Origin: Anthoceros angustus
Lineage: Eukaryota > Plantae > Anthocerotophyta
Reading direction: 5' to 3'
NCBI GenBank assembly: GCA_010909165.1
Contig: VJWM01000116.1
Location: 744,001-808,000 of the forward strand
DNA: 64,000 bases
In this document: one piece after another, positions 1 to 13,091 of the stretch
Position numbering within the stretch: the first letter of the stretch is position 1
Layout of the letters: each line of letters starts with the position of its first letter
Program-made: the position numbers and the translations under genes
The notes under the pieces: model-generated
Seen by the model: the letters and a program-made list of their open reading frames with translations, nothing else
Databases searched by the model: none
Told to the model about the DNA's origin: nothing

Positions 1-2256
1 GGTCAAGCCTGCTGTATGGTTGGAGGTCTACAGATTTCTTACTGTACCCATCTCCTGCAGGTTCAAGGGCCTTGGAGAAGAATGAGCGGCATGCTGATGC
101 TCTGACATTCCGAGCGAACCTTGAGCTAAAAGTGGATGACTGGCTGAAAGCCAAGGAAACGATCAAGGAGGTGCTCCAGTTGTCAGATGCCAAGGATAGC
201 TACGCAAATCTGCAGTTGGTGAGCAAGCCTGAGCGGTGAAACCTAATTGCACGGCAGAGGGTAGGATAATAATGGTGGCATGATACTTGCTATGCCTATT
301 GTGCACAGGAACTGGAACTACTATGCTGCCGTTCGAGGTGAGCGGAAGGATCCAAAGTTGGAAGCAACTCATCTGGAAGCGAAAGAGTTGTATGTGAAGG
401 TTGGTTCGTTGCTTTTTACGGCGTTATTGATTATGTCAGTCTCATTTGGCAGTTTACAACTGTGCTGACTCTGCATGGTTGGGCAGGTGCTGAACCAGAA
501 GCCCAACAACATGTATGCAGCCAATGGGATTGGAATCGTTTTAGCTGAGAAAGGCTTGTTTGATCAAGCCAAGGATATTTTCACTCAGGTATGTGTACCC
601 TCAGGTGGCATGCCTTGTGTTAAATTTCCTTGGGTGTTCTTCTAAACTGTTTCTTCCTGGTGTCTTGGGCTCATAAAATGTGTCATCTGTGTTGATCTTG
701 TGGGAAACTGAAATTCTTGGTTTCAGGTTCAAGAGTCAGCCTCAGGAAATATCACAGTCGAAATGCCTGATGTTTGGATTAACCTTGCTCACGTATTCTT
801 TGCACAGGGCCAGTTTGCCCTGGCTGTTAAAATGGTAGTTCTGCCTAACTACTTCTTCTAGTCTTGTTTTTGAGTATTAAGTAATTGATCTGGCCCTGAA
901 TTTCAGGATGCGTTAACTTGTTGTACTGCAGTATCAAAATTGCTTAAGAAGATTTTATCACAACACAGACACCCAGATACTGCTGTATCTGGCAAGGACG
1001 CATTATGAAGCAGAACAGTGGCAGGAGTGCAAGCGTGTTCTACTGCGTTCCATCCATTTGCAGCCTTCAAACTACACTCTGAGGTTCGACGCTGCAATTG
1101 CGATGCAAAAGTACTCCACTGCCACATTGCAAAAATTGAAGCGCACCGCGGATGAGGTATGTGCAAGTTCCTCTGGTAGGTTGAAAGCAGGCAATGTAGG
1201 GTATTGCTTGGATCTATTCCTCGATCAGGAGATCATGCAGTAATGGTTTCGATATGTAATGCAGGTCCGACAGTCTGTTGCGGAACTGAAAAATGCCTTG
1301 CGGCTTTTCAGCCAGCTGTCTGGCATCAGTTCCCACCATCTACATGGGTTTGACGAGAAAAAGATTGATATGCATGTGGAGTATTGCAAGCACCTTTTGG
1401 AAGCTGCGAAAGTGCATTTGGAAGCTGCTGAACGGGAAGAGCAACAGACTCGCCAAAAGCAGGAGGTTGCTCGCCAACTAGCAATGGCTGAAGAAGCGCG
1501 TCGGAAAGCAGAAGAAGAGCGTAAGCTTCAGCTGGAGCGTAGGAAACGCGACGACGAGTTCCGGAAAGTACAGGAGCAGGAGGCCAAGTTGACGAGATGG
1601 ATGGTATGTACGTGTAAGATGCAGTGATGTAGGCCCGGATTTATTAGAATCCACAGCAGCAGCCTTCGAGCAGGTACAGTAAACAGATCCCTTGCGCGTA
1701 GTAACCAGTTTTAGTACCTTGTGGCAGGATTCGTGGAAAGAAAAAGAGAAGCGCAGAGAAAAGCCGGCGGCTGACGAAGATGATGGCTTCATCGCTCCTG
1801 AGAAGAAAGAGAAGAAGAAGGAAAAGAAAAGGAGAAAGCGAGAAAAGAAGCAACGCGATGAATACGAAGAAAGAACTCAAGACGAACCAGAGGAGGAACC
1901 TGTTTCTGACGACATGGCTGCTGCTGGGCTGGACGACAGTGACGACGGCTTGGTGAGAAACGCCGATGTTTTCATGGTGTCTCAGGAGTGTCTATCGGGC
2001 CACCAGCAACTGATCAACCCCTTTTCCTGTTCAGGTACAGGAAGATAGACATCGTCACAAGCGAGGGCGAAGGCAAGCGTTGTCCGAGTCGGACGAGGAT
2101 ATGCCCCGGCGGGAGGATGACGCCTCTCAAAGACGAAAACGATATGTCGAGAGTGACGAAGACGGCGAAGAGGAAGGGGCGATCGAACATGACTCCAATG
2201 GTCATCACTGGGACAGGAATCGCAAGTACAAAAAGGGAGATGGCCACAGTGACTAA
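1..2256 (+). CDS. CTR9: PAF1 complex subunit CTR9/VIP6/ELF8 (TPR protein), 3' portion, multi-exon; 5' end lies upstream of window
   Basis: Spliced exons read NMYAANGIGIVLAEKG, MPDVWINLAHVFFAQGQF, YQNCLRRFYHNTDTQILLYLARTHYEAEQWQECKRVLLRSIHLQPSNYTLRFD, then a coiled-coil and a K/E/D-rich tail. GT-AG introns; stop TAA at 2254-2256. Confidence 0.93.
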
Positions 2257-2887
2257 TTCGTAAACGCGACTCAATTCTTGGAAGCACAGTAGCCTCCCAT
2301 AGGAGTTTATCAACAGCGTCCGCTTGCTGCAAATTTAGCGTCGCGCGCTTCTCATACATGCAGAGAGGTCCCAACTGCGCACGACCTTGAAGAAGGTCTG
2401 GATGCGTTGCGCACCTGGTTAGTCCTTCTGTTGACCCTGTGTTTCTTGTTCTTTCTTGCATCCGCTGTTGCATCTGTTCCACTGAGGCTGACCGTGAGGT
2501 GCGCTGTGGCAGTGTTTAGGGTTTGGGGCCGACATGCTCCGAGTCCCGACCTTCAGCTAATCCCGGCACAACTGGCTGCTACACTGCTGGAGGCTAGGTT
2601 TAGCGGGATGTGTTGTGAAGGCGCTGTGTCAGACTGTGGTGAAGCCAGCATTGTCCTGGCTTCCTCAGGCTTCCACTCCATCAGTCCACAGCCATACCAT
2701 TCTTTCAACTGGATCCTTGTGCATACTGTTTATTTCTTGTCATTCTTTATATGTATTTACCTCTTGTTGGAGACATTATCTTCAGATCATGTCCTCCTCC
2801 ATGTCAGCCTCTTCAGCCGTTTTGCGAGCTGTAGACTGTAGAGTGTGTGTCGAGCATAAGCCGCGAGGCATCCGATCCCCTCTCGGC

Positions 2888-3917
2888 ATGACGACTGTGG
2901 CACAGCTTCCTCTGGCGCACACGCCCGCCGTGCCTCAATCCATCCAGCTCTGCGACCGAGCATGTCTGCTGCGGAAGCAGTGCGGATTCTTCAGCTCTCA
3001 GCGGGCGGCGCTGGGAGCCAGTATACGCGTGCGGAGGGCTGCAGTGGCTCGAGTAGCTCTCCAGGTGCAAGCGTCCATAGCCGCCGGCCCCATCTCCGAC
3101 CTGGTGCGAGTCTGCGTCTTCTACGCCTTGCTGCAAGCAGGAGTCGCGGGTCCGTCTTCGGCTACGAGCTCACAAGGTGTGTAAGAGTACTCTTGGTCGC
3201 TTGCGCTTGCTGCAATGTGAATGCCGGGTTCCGGAAGTCCTAGAGCTGGCGTAATTCGCTGTTGCGAGTGTCCAATTGCAGGAGAGAGCGGCAGCTTGGT
3301 GCCGGCATGGCTCAAGGGCATGTTTGCAAGCGGCGGTGGTACGCTTCAGCGCCTTTAGACCTGCGGGCGGGGCTATTAAGCTAGCGCTTGTGGCACTTGG
3401 CAGCTGTGGTGATGTGTGGTTTGCGGCCCCTGTCTCTGACTTCACATTGCAGAGCACTGAAACAGTGGCGCACAAGGACCTGTCGAGGGTGCGCAGCCAG
3501 TGGCATGCTAGCACCAAGGGCACGCTGGTTCGGCGGTACAGGGTGCCGACCAAGAAGGAGGGGCGCAGGCTGTTGAACTCCATTTCATCTCTGCTCTCTG
3601 ACGACGACACCTTCAGAGACGTAGCCACGCATAAGGCATGCTCATCTCCTCATCCTGTTGTTTGCAACATCTGCTCGTGACTGGTCACTTCTGAGCCCTG
3701 TGCCTGTACACGTTGCGCGCAGGGGTGCCAGATCAGGCGGGAAAACGCTCATGCGGAAAGTGTGTGCTGCAACAATGTAAGGGCATTGTTCGACGAACTT
3801 CCCACGCCGCACCTTGTGGTTGAGATCACTGTGTTTCCACCAGGCCCGGTCACTGATGCTCATTACCAGAAGGCTGAGAAATTGGAGAAGGTGCTCAAGA
3901 CGGGGAATTCTATATAA
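2888..3917 (+). CDS. Conserved plant protein of unknown function with transit-peptide-like N-terminus (4 exons)
   Basis: ATG 2888 and an Ala/Arg/Ser-rich N-terminus. Spliced core WHASTKGTLVRRYRVPTKKEGRRLLNSISSLLSDDDTF..HK|GCQIRRENAHAESVCCNNVRALFDELPTPHLVVEITVFPPGP..KAEKLEKVLK; stop 3915-3917. Confidence 0.8.
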
Positions 3918-4224
3918 GATCGCATGACATTGCTCCCAGCAGCGAGGTAGAAGAGCTGGCCACGGGTTGATATCGATGGACCTAAGCAGCCGTGTACTAG
4001 TATGCTACTGGGCAGGGCATGGCGCCTACCTTATCTCTGTGATAGAAGATGCTGTGTTTCTTCCAGCTTTCCCAACGTAAGCGTGTCGGATTTGCATCGC
4101 TCCTGGTCCACTACACTGTCCAGTCCTGGCCCCAGTCTCTCTCTACCTAATTCTTACCTGTTTGAGAAAACTGCCTGTCCACTTGTCGCAGCCACTTGTG
4201 ACAGCCACACCACATTGCGGCACT

Positions 4225-4715
4225 AGGTGTGCGAATCCACATCCGAAACACCACTTTGTTTCGACAACACGAGCCGATGGAAGCTCGGGGTTTGTTCTTC
4301 ACAATGGGGTCTGCTTCCCGCGCTTCGGATGTAAGTCGACCTGCCATTGTTGCCTTCGGATGTAAGTATGCGTGCCACTGTTGCATTCGGATGCACATAT
4401 GTAGGCCTGCCATTGTTGACTTCGGATGCAAGTAGGCCTGCGACTGTTGCCTTCGGATATAAGCTAGCCTTCCAGTGTTGGCTTCCGCGTCCATTCTTGC
4501 TTTGGTTCTAGCTCACTTTCGTCACAGTGGGCACTGGATGGAATACTGGATGGAAGTAGGCTTGGTTGTAGCTCACTTTCGTTACATTGGGCACTGGATG
4601 TAAGTAGGCTTGCCATTTCGCTATGGTTGTAGCTCACGTTCGTGACAGGAGGCACTTCAAGGGACGAGAAGCAAGCCATGCGATGGGCGCTGGATGACAG
4701 GTATCCCATCTGAGC
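4225..4715 (+). pseudogene. Degenerate duplicate of the 5' end (exons 1-2) of the downstream aldo-keto reductase
   Basis: 4245-4335 matches 5343-5435 (aaacaccactttgt..acaacacgagcc..cacaatggggtctgc..ggatgtaag) with a frameshift after the ATG. 4650-4710 matches AKR exon 2 (ggcacttcaag..gaagcaagcc..tgggc). Confidence 0.75.
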
Positions 4716-5375
4716 TGCAGCTCAGCCATACCGGTTTCGAACTACAAACCGGTTGGATGAGCTGAACTCATCCAGAGCCCATCGCACGGCTTGTTTCACA
4801 TCCTCCTCCATTTGGCCGCTAGAAAGTGAGCTGCAATCAAAGCAAAGATGGGAAACGGAAGGCAGCAATGACAGGCCTACTTAAACCTTTGTTGTTGTTA
4901 ATATATCCTTTGACGCCTGGGCAAGTTCATAACCTCTGCAGGCACTGCAGATATCACGATTGCAGATGATGAGAAACGACTGATTCTAAAGCCTAGTAAA
5001 CAGGACTATGACGAATTGCCCAGTGGGCAGACTTACAACGAGAGAGCAGGTGGACAAATTGAGAGTTGTGACTGAGCGCCAATGCTGGATAGAGAAGCTG
5101 AGGGTTGTGACTGAGCGCCAATTCTGGGTGAAACCAAGCAATTCTTCAGTACCGCCTCCAAGAGAAAAAGTTTCTCCAGACCCCCAGGGTCCAGTATCCT
5201 TGCTACAACTCCCAATCCATCGAAGACAGGTCCAGAACCCGGTGTTCTGGACATGGACACCACTCTAAGTGACTCTCTCCGCTTGTAGACTTGAAGAAGC
5301 ACGGCCACAGGGTGATGCAAATCATTTTGGCGATCCACACACAAAACACCACTTTGTCCGGACAACACGAGCCGG

Positions 5376-7177
5376 ATGGAACCTCGGCAAGTTGTTCTCC
5401 ACAATGGGGTCTGCATGCCGCGCTTGGGATGTAAGTAGGGCTGCCATTGCAGCCTTCCATTTCCCTTCTGTTTTCTGTTGCGGCTCACTTCCGTCACAGT
5501 GGGCACTTTCAAGGCCAAGGGGGAGGACGTGAAGCAAGCCGTGCGGTGGGCTCTCGGTAACGGGTATTCCATGTAAGCTGCTGCTCAGGTGAATTTGCGG
5601 TCTCCTCTGCCAGCATCTTAGCATCTTTCAGAATGCGATTTTCGTTCTTCGAAGGATTGATACGGCATCCATCTACAAGAACGAGAGGGAGATTGGAGAT
5701 GCGATCCGGGAATCTGGTGCCCACCGTGATCAGATTTTTGTCACCAGCAAAGTCTCACCTTTTGAACACGGGTATGGACGGCAGACAGAAATTTTCGGGA
5801 ACACTCACTTGTCGCGGAGGGTTGCGAGTTCTGTTAGACTCAGGAATCCCGGCAGTTTGTAACCTGCCCTTGTGAACACCTAGGTTCGAGAAGGCCAAGC
5901 AAGCTGTGAACGACATGCTCGAAAGACTGGGATGCGGCTACCTGGCAAGTCCAACCTGCAGTCTTCTCTCGTTCTTGATGTTTTTCTCTCGTTCTTGATG
6001 CTGCGTAGGGCCGAATGAACACCATCTCTGGACTTCTCACACCTCTCTTTCGTTTGATGTATCAGGATCTTTGTCTGATACACTGGTACGAGTTGTGTTC
6101 GCTCCACACGTAAAACCTATGTCACCTGGCTGGCCGCATTGATTTGAACTGGAGGGGCTTTCATCCATCTGACCTTCAAAGATGGAACTATGTCGGTGTG
6201 GGTCGAAACAGGCCAGGAGTTGCAAAGCAGGATATGTGAGTTCAGTGTTGACCAGCCTTGTTTCCCGTTTGTGCGACTCGTATGACTCAACCATGGTTAA
6301 CTCCTCGTCTCACGCACAGAAAGTCGACAAAAAACTCTCAGTTTCGACGGGAAACCTGGTGCGCTTTGGAGCAGCTGTACAAAGAAGGTAAGCCTAGCTG
6401 CCATCAGTACGCTGAGCTTAGTTTTGCAAACCGGTCAGTGCAGGCTCCTCCTATCGATCTCGCTTTAAATTTGGGGTGTGCAGCAAAGTGTAGAGCCATT
6501 GGGGTAAGCAATTACAACAGCAGGCATTTGGCTGAAGTCCTTGCTAGCTGTGAAATCAAGCCCATGGTCAACCAGGTCTGCGATATTGAAAATGACTCTC
6601 CTGTGTTTGGAAAGGGAAACGAGCTTGCTTGATTACAATACTGATCACCTCGATGCTTCACAGGTAGAGGTCCATCCACAGTTGCAGCAGCTGGGCTTAC
6701 GAGAATTTTGTGCTGCTCACAAGATTTGCGTTCAAGCTTATTCACCCCTCGGCTGTGGTGGTGTATGATGAACTTGCTACGTCATTTAGTAGCTTTAAGT
6801 TTTCATTCATTGCCTTCTGTGTTCCTCGGTGGGTTTTGATCATGGTTGTCCTGGCAGTTGCTGCAGGATCCTGCAGTTTGCAATATAGCCAGGAATCTCA
6901 TAAGATCACCTTCGCAAGTTCTTCTTCGCTGGGGTCTCCAAAATGATTTGGGTACGAGGCCATCTTCGGATCAAGTTGGACTTTCAACCTGGGCCAGTCT
7001 GGCTGATGTAACTCGGATGTTGTCATTGCAGTGGTTCTCCCAAAATCGGTACAAGAAAGGCATATTAAGGAGAATGCCGACATTTTCTCTTTTGTGCTGT
7101 CTGAAAAAGACATGCAAATGCTAGGCAGCTTAGAGCGAGGGCAACGTCTTTGCTGGTCGGCCGAAGAAGTAAGGTAG
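5376..7177 (+). CDS. Aldo-keto reductase (AKR superfamily), multi-exon
   Basis: MEPRQVVLHNGVCMPRLG-LGTFK..ALGNGYSMIDTASIYKNEREIG..IFVTSK..YLDLCLIHWPG..AIGVSNY..PMVNQVEVHP..QAYSPLG..QVLLRWGLQ..VLPKS..IKEN. Catalytic D/Y/K/H residues present; stop 7175-7177. Confidence 0.92.
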
Positions 7178-7389
7178 AGCACTTTACTTGAGATGCCGCA
7201 GCAAAGCCATCAGCCTTTTAGTATTATGATTAGTTTACATTGCTCGCTCTAAGGGCCGCAAGAATTTTTCGAGTTCTTTAACAATATCAATGCTTGTCGG
7301 ATGAGCATTCGTCTAGGTGCTATGCCCATGGCTTGCACCAGAGCTGTTAGCTCACCTTCATCCCCGCTTGATTTGATACTTGTAAACCG

Positions 7390-9211
7390 TCAAAGCTGTG
7401 ATACCCTGCGCACTGAAACTTGCAATCTATAGTACATGTATCGTGTCGCTCTTGCAGTGAGCAGCATGACTATGGGGGCGAAGAAACCCAGGGCTGCAGA
7501 GAAGGCCATCCTTCCTGCTGACAGTGTGGCTCGCCTCATATAGTTTATGAAAGAGACCCTGCAGATGTGGGTTGAAATGTTAGAAAAATTAATGCCCATC
7601 CAGAGGCAAATGAGAAAGTGCTGGTCATAGAACACAGTACCCACATGGTCAGAAAATCACGAGGGAGGTCCGCTACAACAGGTGCTGCCTCTGATACACA
7701 GTCAGACGTTATATTCTCAGCGACGTCCACCATCCCCAAATTCCAAGGATTGTACTTGCAAGGGTATGTTGCATTTACCTGCAATCAACTTGAGCCTCTT
7801 AGCAAGCAAAATGGTTTGGAAACATAAATCCATGACCCATGCACAGTCGTTCGCAAATAGCTCCGGAGGCATTTCATTTGCGCACTTCAACCAGGCCGAA
7901 AGACAAGTGAAGGATTTCTTACGTACTTGGTATCCTTCGTTCATTCTCCATACAGCACCAAAATCAGGACGACAGTCTGCAGGCAGAGCCTGCCTTGGTG
8001 CCTCAGCAGCTGCTACCATGGGCAACTCGGATAGATGGGGTCTGTATTCTACCTGCGAATGCAGACACATCAGGATTATTGCAAGTGCTTGTAATTCAAG
8101 TCAGGCAATGCAGGACCGCCAAAACCCTCCGAAGCATCAACTATGAAGCACCTTCAAAACTGAAGCCCAGTAGTAGTCCAGGTAACACCATATTTTCGAC
8201 TCTGTGGAACTGATGTGCTTGTGCTTCCATGGCCGAACCTCACAGATCCTTGAAAACCTGAGATCCACACCTACACATTCAGAATCAGCTAACCTATCCT
8301 ATCATCTGATTTTCTATCTAGCTGGAAAGTATACAATCGAAGAATATTAAGTATACACAGATCAGTATTTCACAACCGAGAAGGAAACAAAGGTAGTCTC
8401 CGCAGCCACCAGCAGACTACAGTCAACTGAAATCTGCAATGATGTAGCCAGCCTCTACTGAAAAGATTAGCAACGACCGGAAAGTCACTGGAATTAACGT
8501 CCTGCAAAGGGATTCAGATATGTCCAGAAACAGCAGCAACGATCTCCTCCTTTGCTCGCAGCTAGTCTCACCTTTGGAAATTATCGTGCAATCGGTGGTC
8601 TGGCGGGCAGCCTTATTCATAGACGAGTCGATAGACAAGAAGGCCAGCAACCCGATCACGCGGGCCAACACAAGGGCAAGGCCGCAGCAGAAGAACACCA
8701 GAAAAATCCACCTGGACCAGAACTGCAGGCATGGCCGGATCCGATTCCTTCCACTTGGTTGCTCCCCGCTATCACTCGCCCGTGCGTCACAAAAGGTTTT
8801 GACTCCATTGTCAGATTCCTGATCAGTCCAGCTACAAGCATCCAGTACTCGACCCCTGGAGCGCTTCTCTGGCTCGTTACTTCCTTCACCCTGTTCACTG
8901 CTGTCGCCAACCTCCGACAGCCGACCGCTGCCTGCAACCAAATCTGAAGTTCCATGGTCTTTGGATCTACAGCCATCTCCCCCCTCGTCTCGCAGTCCCG
9001 TACCGAACCCGCAGTCAGCTCCAATTCCGAGCTCGCGCCTGCTGTCGTGTTTCCACAGCAACCCCGCCTGACACAGCAGAAGTGCCAGAACCAGCGCCAC
9101 CACAGGAAGAGCCCCTAGCAGCATGGCTTGCCAGATATCCTCGCCTGCCATCTCCATTGTTTCAAACGATTCATGCCACATGACAGCTGCATCGCCCCAG
9201 CTTGGCATCAT
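7390..9211 (-). CDS. Conserved uncharacterised plant multi-pass membrane protein
   Basis: Hydrophobic segments in exon 1. Spliced Cys-containing domain VDLRFSRICE..CYLDYYWASVLK|VEYRP..AEAPRQALPADCRPDFG; C-terminal hydrophobic helices ending at 7390. Exon borders approximate. Confidence 0.7.
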
Positions 9212-9537
9212 CCTGAGCTCTAATTGAGCTCACCTTCACCCGCACAATACTGACAGAATCTACACAGATATCGAGCTGATGTTATGCATCTAGTCTCCCG
9301 CATCTTGAAGTCCGGAGAGGCGAAATGATGCTGAAACCAATTGACGAAATCACGAACTAGAAAGAGCCACGACACCCGTATTCACGTTGATGGGATTTGC
9401 CACCGTAGGACTTTCCCTAGGGACGGCAACCGCAGGTAGACACGATGATGATGTGACTACATATAAGACTTGTGCTGATGGCATATAAGTTGCTGGCATT
9501 TCCTAGGTCCCAGTTCTTAATTTACCTATCTCGACAA

Positions 9538-11987
9538 CTAGAAGAGGTCAAAGAAGTAGTCCAAACCTTGTCCTATCTCCCAGATCGAGAGGCCGGTCCC
9601 CCATAGGTCTGCTTCTTCTAGCCTAAACGCCAAGGACAGCAGGGATGGGTAGAAGACTGTATGCTTCACACCCGAGAGCTCATAGTCGAAGTAATGCTCC
9701 TTGCTCTCCTTGTCCCAAATCAGTTTGGGTTTGAAGGTGGAAAGGAGATCGATGAACTGGTGCCCCACAATGGTATTTCCACCTGCAGTGAAGCAAGTCA
9801 GTGAGGTGACCAGGTCTGGACAGCAAATAACACTGAAACACCTACTCAGTGACTTTAGACCGTTGTCCAGGGACGGAAGGAAGCACCTTGGGGTCGTATA
9901 TAATCGTTGCCGTAGAAGTTGATTCCCAGAAGCACCTTGCCTACGACGTCTTTCTCTGGGTCTTTTGCCCAGAGACTCTTCAGTTCACGCCCTGAGTCGA
10001 AGTTCTCAAACCTCCTGCTCGCCGAGTCGTAGTTCTCAAACTTCCTGCTCACGGCCTTCACGTAGTCCGGCTTTCTACGAATGTGTGTTTCAGGTAAAAG
10101 TGCACGCAAACATGCTTCCACCCATCGGATGGGGGCATTGGGACCTGGACTGTAAGGGCTTGAGAAGTCATAAGTCATCAAAGAAAATCCATCCACATAG
10201 CTACCCAGGTCAAGCAAATCATCTGTCGATATCATTCTAGGATCTGCGTTCTGGGAACTGCGAGAATTTGGAGGAGGTATCACAAATACAAACTCCATGT
10301 TCCGCCTGTCATGAGCCCCTCGTACAGCTGTGGAATGCAGAATAGAACCCAGAGCTTGTACAAACTCCACGGCCTGCGTCAAGGAATGAAAATGCAAACA
10401 TTAAAGTAGCAACTCTTCGGGTACATACTGGGAGGCAGCTGCACTTGCCGTAATACCTTCAGCCGCAGCTCTGGCACCTCTAAGAGTCGAGAAGCCTGCC
10501 ATGAAGACCACGCCTCAAAAACAGCACCATCAAAATGCCTCTCTCTGCCAGACAAATGAATCACGGCAGTAAGCCACCCAGCAGAAGACATGGATACCAA
10601 ATCAAAGGTGGTGTTGTGAAATCGCATGACTGTCCTATACTTACTGGCATTCAGATACAATGAGGTCAATAGCTCGTTGTTTCTCATCAGATTCGGTCAG
10701 CATTCTGTCCAGTGCCATCCCCCTCAAGACGAAGCGGGGAAGTATCTGAGATGACAACCACACGACCCCAAAGCTGACGAAAGAGTGTATACACGTGACC
10801 GAAAGTCCCACTGTAATCCTGATCAATGGCTTGCAATGCCTCATACCCGTGGAGATCCGTTCTTCCGAACCTCCGAGATCCACTCCTGGTCTACATCATG
10901 ACTCCCAACGAGGTCCAGTTGAGACTTGAAGTTCCCTCTGACACGAGCACAGTCATCCAACATGAAAAAATGTCCCCAGCTGTGAGAACAAAGTGCCTCG
11001 TTTTGCAACAAACGATCAGATTGAACCCATATCACCTTCAGGAAACTGTGAAAGTCAGAAGCTGTGATCGATCCCGCATACCTCCTCAGTTCATACCAAA
11101 CAGGCGAAACGTGCGTAAACTTTGACCTAAACCTTTTCGCATTATCATACCCCTTCGAGTTCCTGCATCTAGGAAACACAATCAGCAAAATTACTTCCAC
11201 ACCAAGATACTGCACGAGGATGGACAGCATGCTTAAACAAGCGACTACGTGAAAACATCAGCTTCCCCAAGCCTACATTGCACCCACTCTGTCCTGCTTC
11301 CGCCCAATTGCTCCCTTACAAGAAGAAACAAACTAGCCTAAAATCACAACCTGCATTCATCACAAGCTTGTTACTCACACCCACCACTGGCCACGCCTCA
11401 GCGCAGCTGAATCTAGCGAAACCAAATGAGAATTTCTCAGAAAGGTTGCACACACCACGGGGTGACATAAGCGAGCACCATGCCAGTCACGTGTCGGTGG
11501 TTCGTCCTGTTCCAAGGCCGCGAGTGCTCCTGCTACCACAAAATCCTCAGCTCATAATGCTTCGTTCCCGGCATGCTCCCATGCATGCGACAACAAACCA
11601 GAATGCCGGGTTGCCCACCTTGAGAATCGTCTGGTAGGGAACTTCGGGATTCACCAGACCGCGGTCGTAGACTGAGGTGGCAGCTTCAGCACTTTCGGGC
11701 ACGGCAGGCTTCATTAGGCTCCAGAAGAGGAGCGTGAGAATGACAGCAATGAGAACTCCAGCAGGCCAGGAGAAGAGAAGTTTGAAGGCCATCTCCGACT
11801 TCCGGCTGCTCCGTGGAAGCCTGGGACGGCGGGCAGGGCCAGAGACCGTACCATTCCTAGACCCAGAAGCAGAGCCATTCCTAGCGCCAGGGCCAGGGCC
11901 CGGGCTAGGTCCAGGACCAGGCCCGGGAACAGAACCAGGGCCAGCACCGGGGACAGAACCAGGGCCGTCATGCTGTGGCCGCCCCAT
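9538..11987 (-). CDS. CHID1: Chitinase domain-containing protein 1 (GH18, CHID1/SI-CLP-like), multi-exon, type II membrane anchor
   Basis: KGYDNAKRFRSKFTHVSPVWYEL, FDGAVFEAW, VDGFSLMTYDFS..PGPNAPIRWV, KVLLGINFYGNDY, WDKESKEHYF..VFYPSLLSL..GLSIWEIGQGLDYFFDLF*. Gly/Pro-rich N-terminus followed by a TM helix. Confidence 0.92.
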
Positions 11988-13091
11988 GGCTGGAAGGAAG
12001 CTCCCAGCAAGCTCTGAGAGGCAGCACTAGGACTGGCCTACACTGGCCTGAACTGGGCTCGACTGGACAGCGAGAGGAGAGACAGCACACGGCGGCTACA
12101 TGGGTTGAAATTGGGCGAGATATGCTTACAGATCGATGACCTAGCACCGAAAGCCTATCTTCCATTGGCCCTGTGCTTCCATATAAAAAAACCTCCTTCC
12201 CAGATGAAAACGTTGCTGCGCACTTTGGCGGGCCAGGCACCAATGACCGATGCGTGCCCAACTTTTGCTGTTCGAAAGACGACGCCTTTTGCCAGCGGCA
12301 ACAAAGATAGATAACATATGCTGCAGGGAAGCCAGGCGTGACTTGGTCTATTTCCTTCTCGAAAGCTGAGCCCAGATTGAGGACAAGATTGTGCAGCAGA
12401 GAAAAATGGTATACAAAGCCATCTCTGGTTAGAAAAAGTCTTGCAACAGCCAAGAGTTGTTAGAGGCTTCTTTTACCAGACATGATCTCCGATCCAACCA
12501 TTCCTTCTGCGTACGTGTTGGTACGATTCTACCGTCGTGAACCTACCCCGCACATCCAGCCATACGAACTCCCTGGCTATTCACCCGCAGGCGCCTGCGA
12601 GTGAAAAGGCAACAACATTTCAGAGCTATTTAATTTGGACACTGTAGGACGGGTGGTCGAACATGGGAAATTTCTCCATGGCATTTGTTGCCTTTCACAG
12701 AGCCCACAGAGCTCACAGGCAGACTCTTCAGATGCCACCCACTGTCATGAGGGGCTACCCCTCGCGTCGTTCCTGGCGTGGTCGTTTTGAGTTGATACCT
12801 AGTTAAATTCCAAGCCATAATATGGGAAGTGACAAAAGCAGCAACATGGGCAATTCTCGGGAGGTGGTTCAGGTATAGGACGGTGTGATGAATGAAGCCT
12901 GCATCACGGAAGGCGCGCAGTTTGCCTTCAGTGGAAATGCTCCCACCTTGAGAAACATGTGTATCACTCAAGCTCAATACCGTGAAGTGGCAACTGGAGA
13001 CACAGTCCGAAAAACCGCAGGAGCGGATCTTCCAAGCTAGCGTCATGGCCTACATGCTCCACATGGACACGACTGAGTGCTCGACTTTCTA

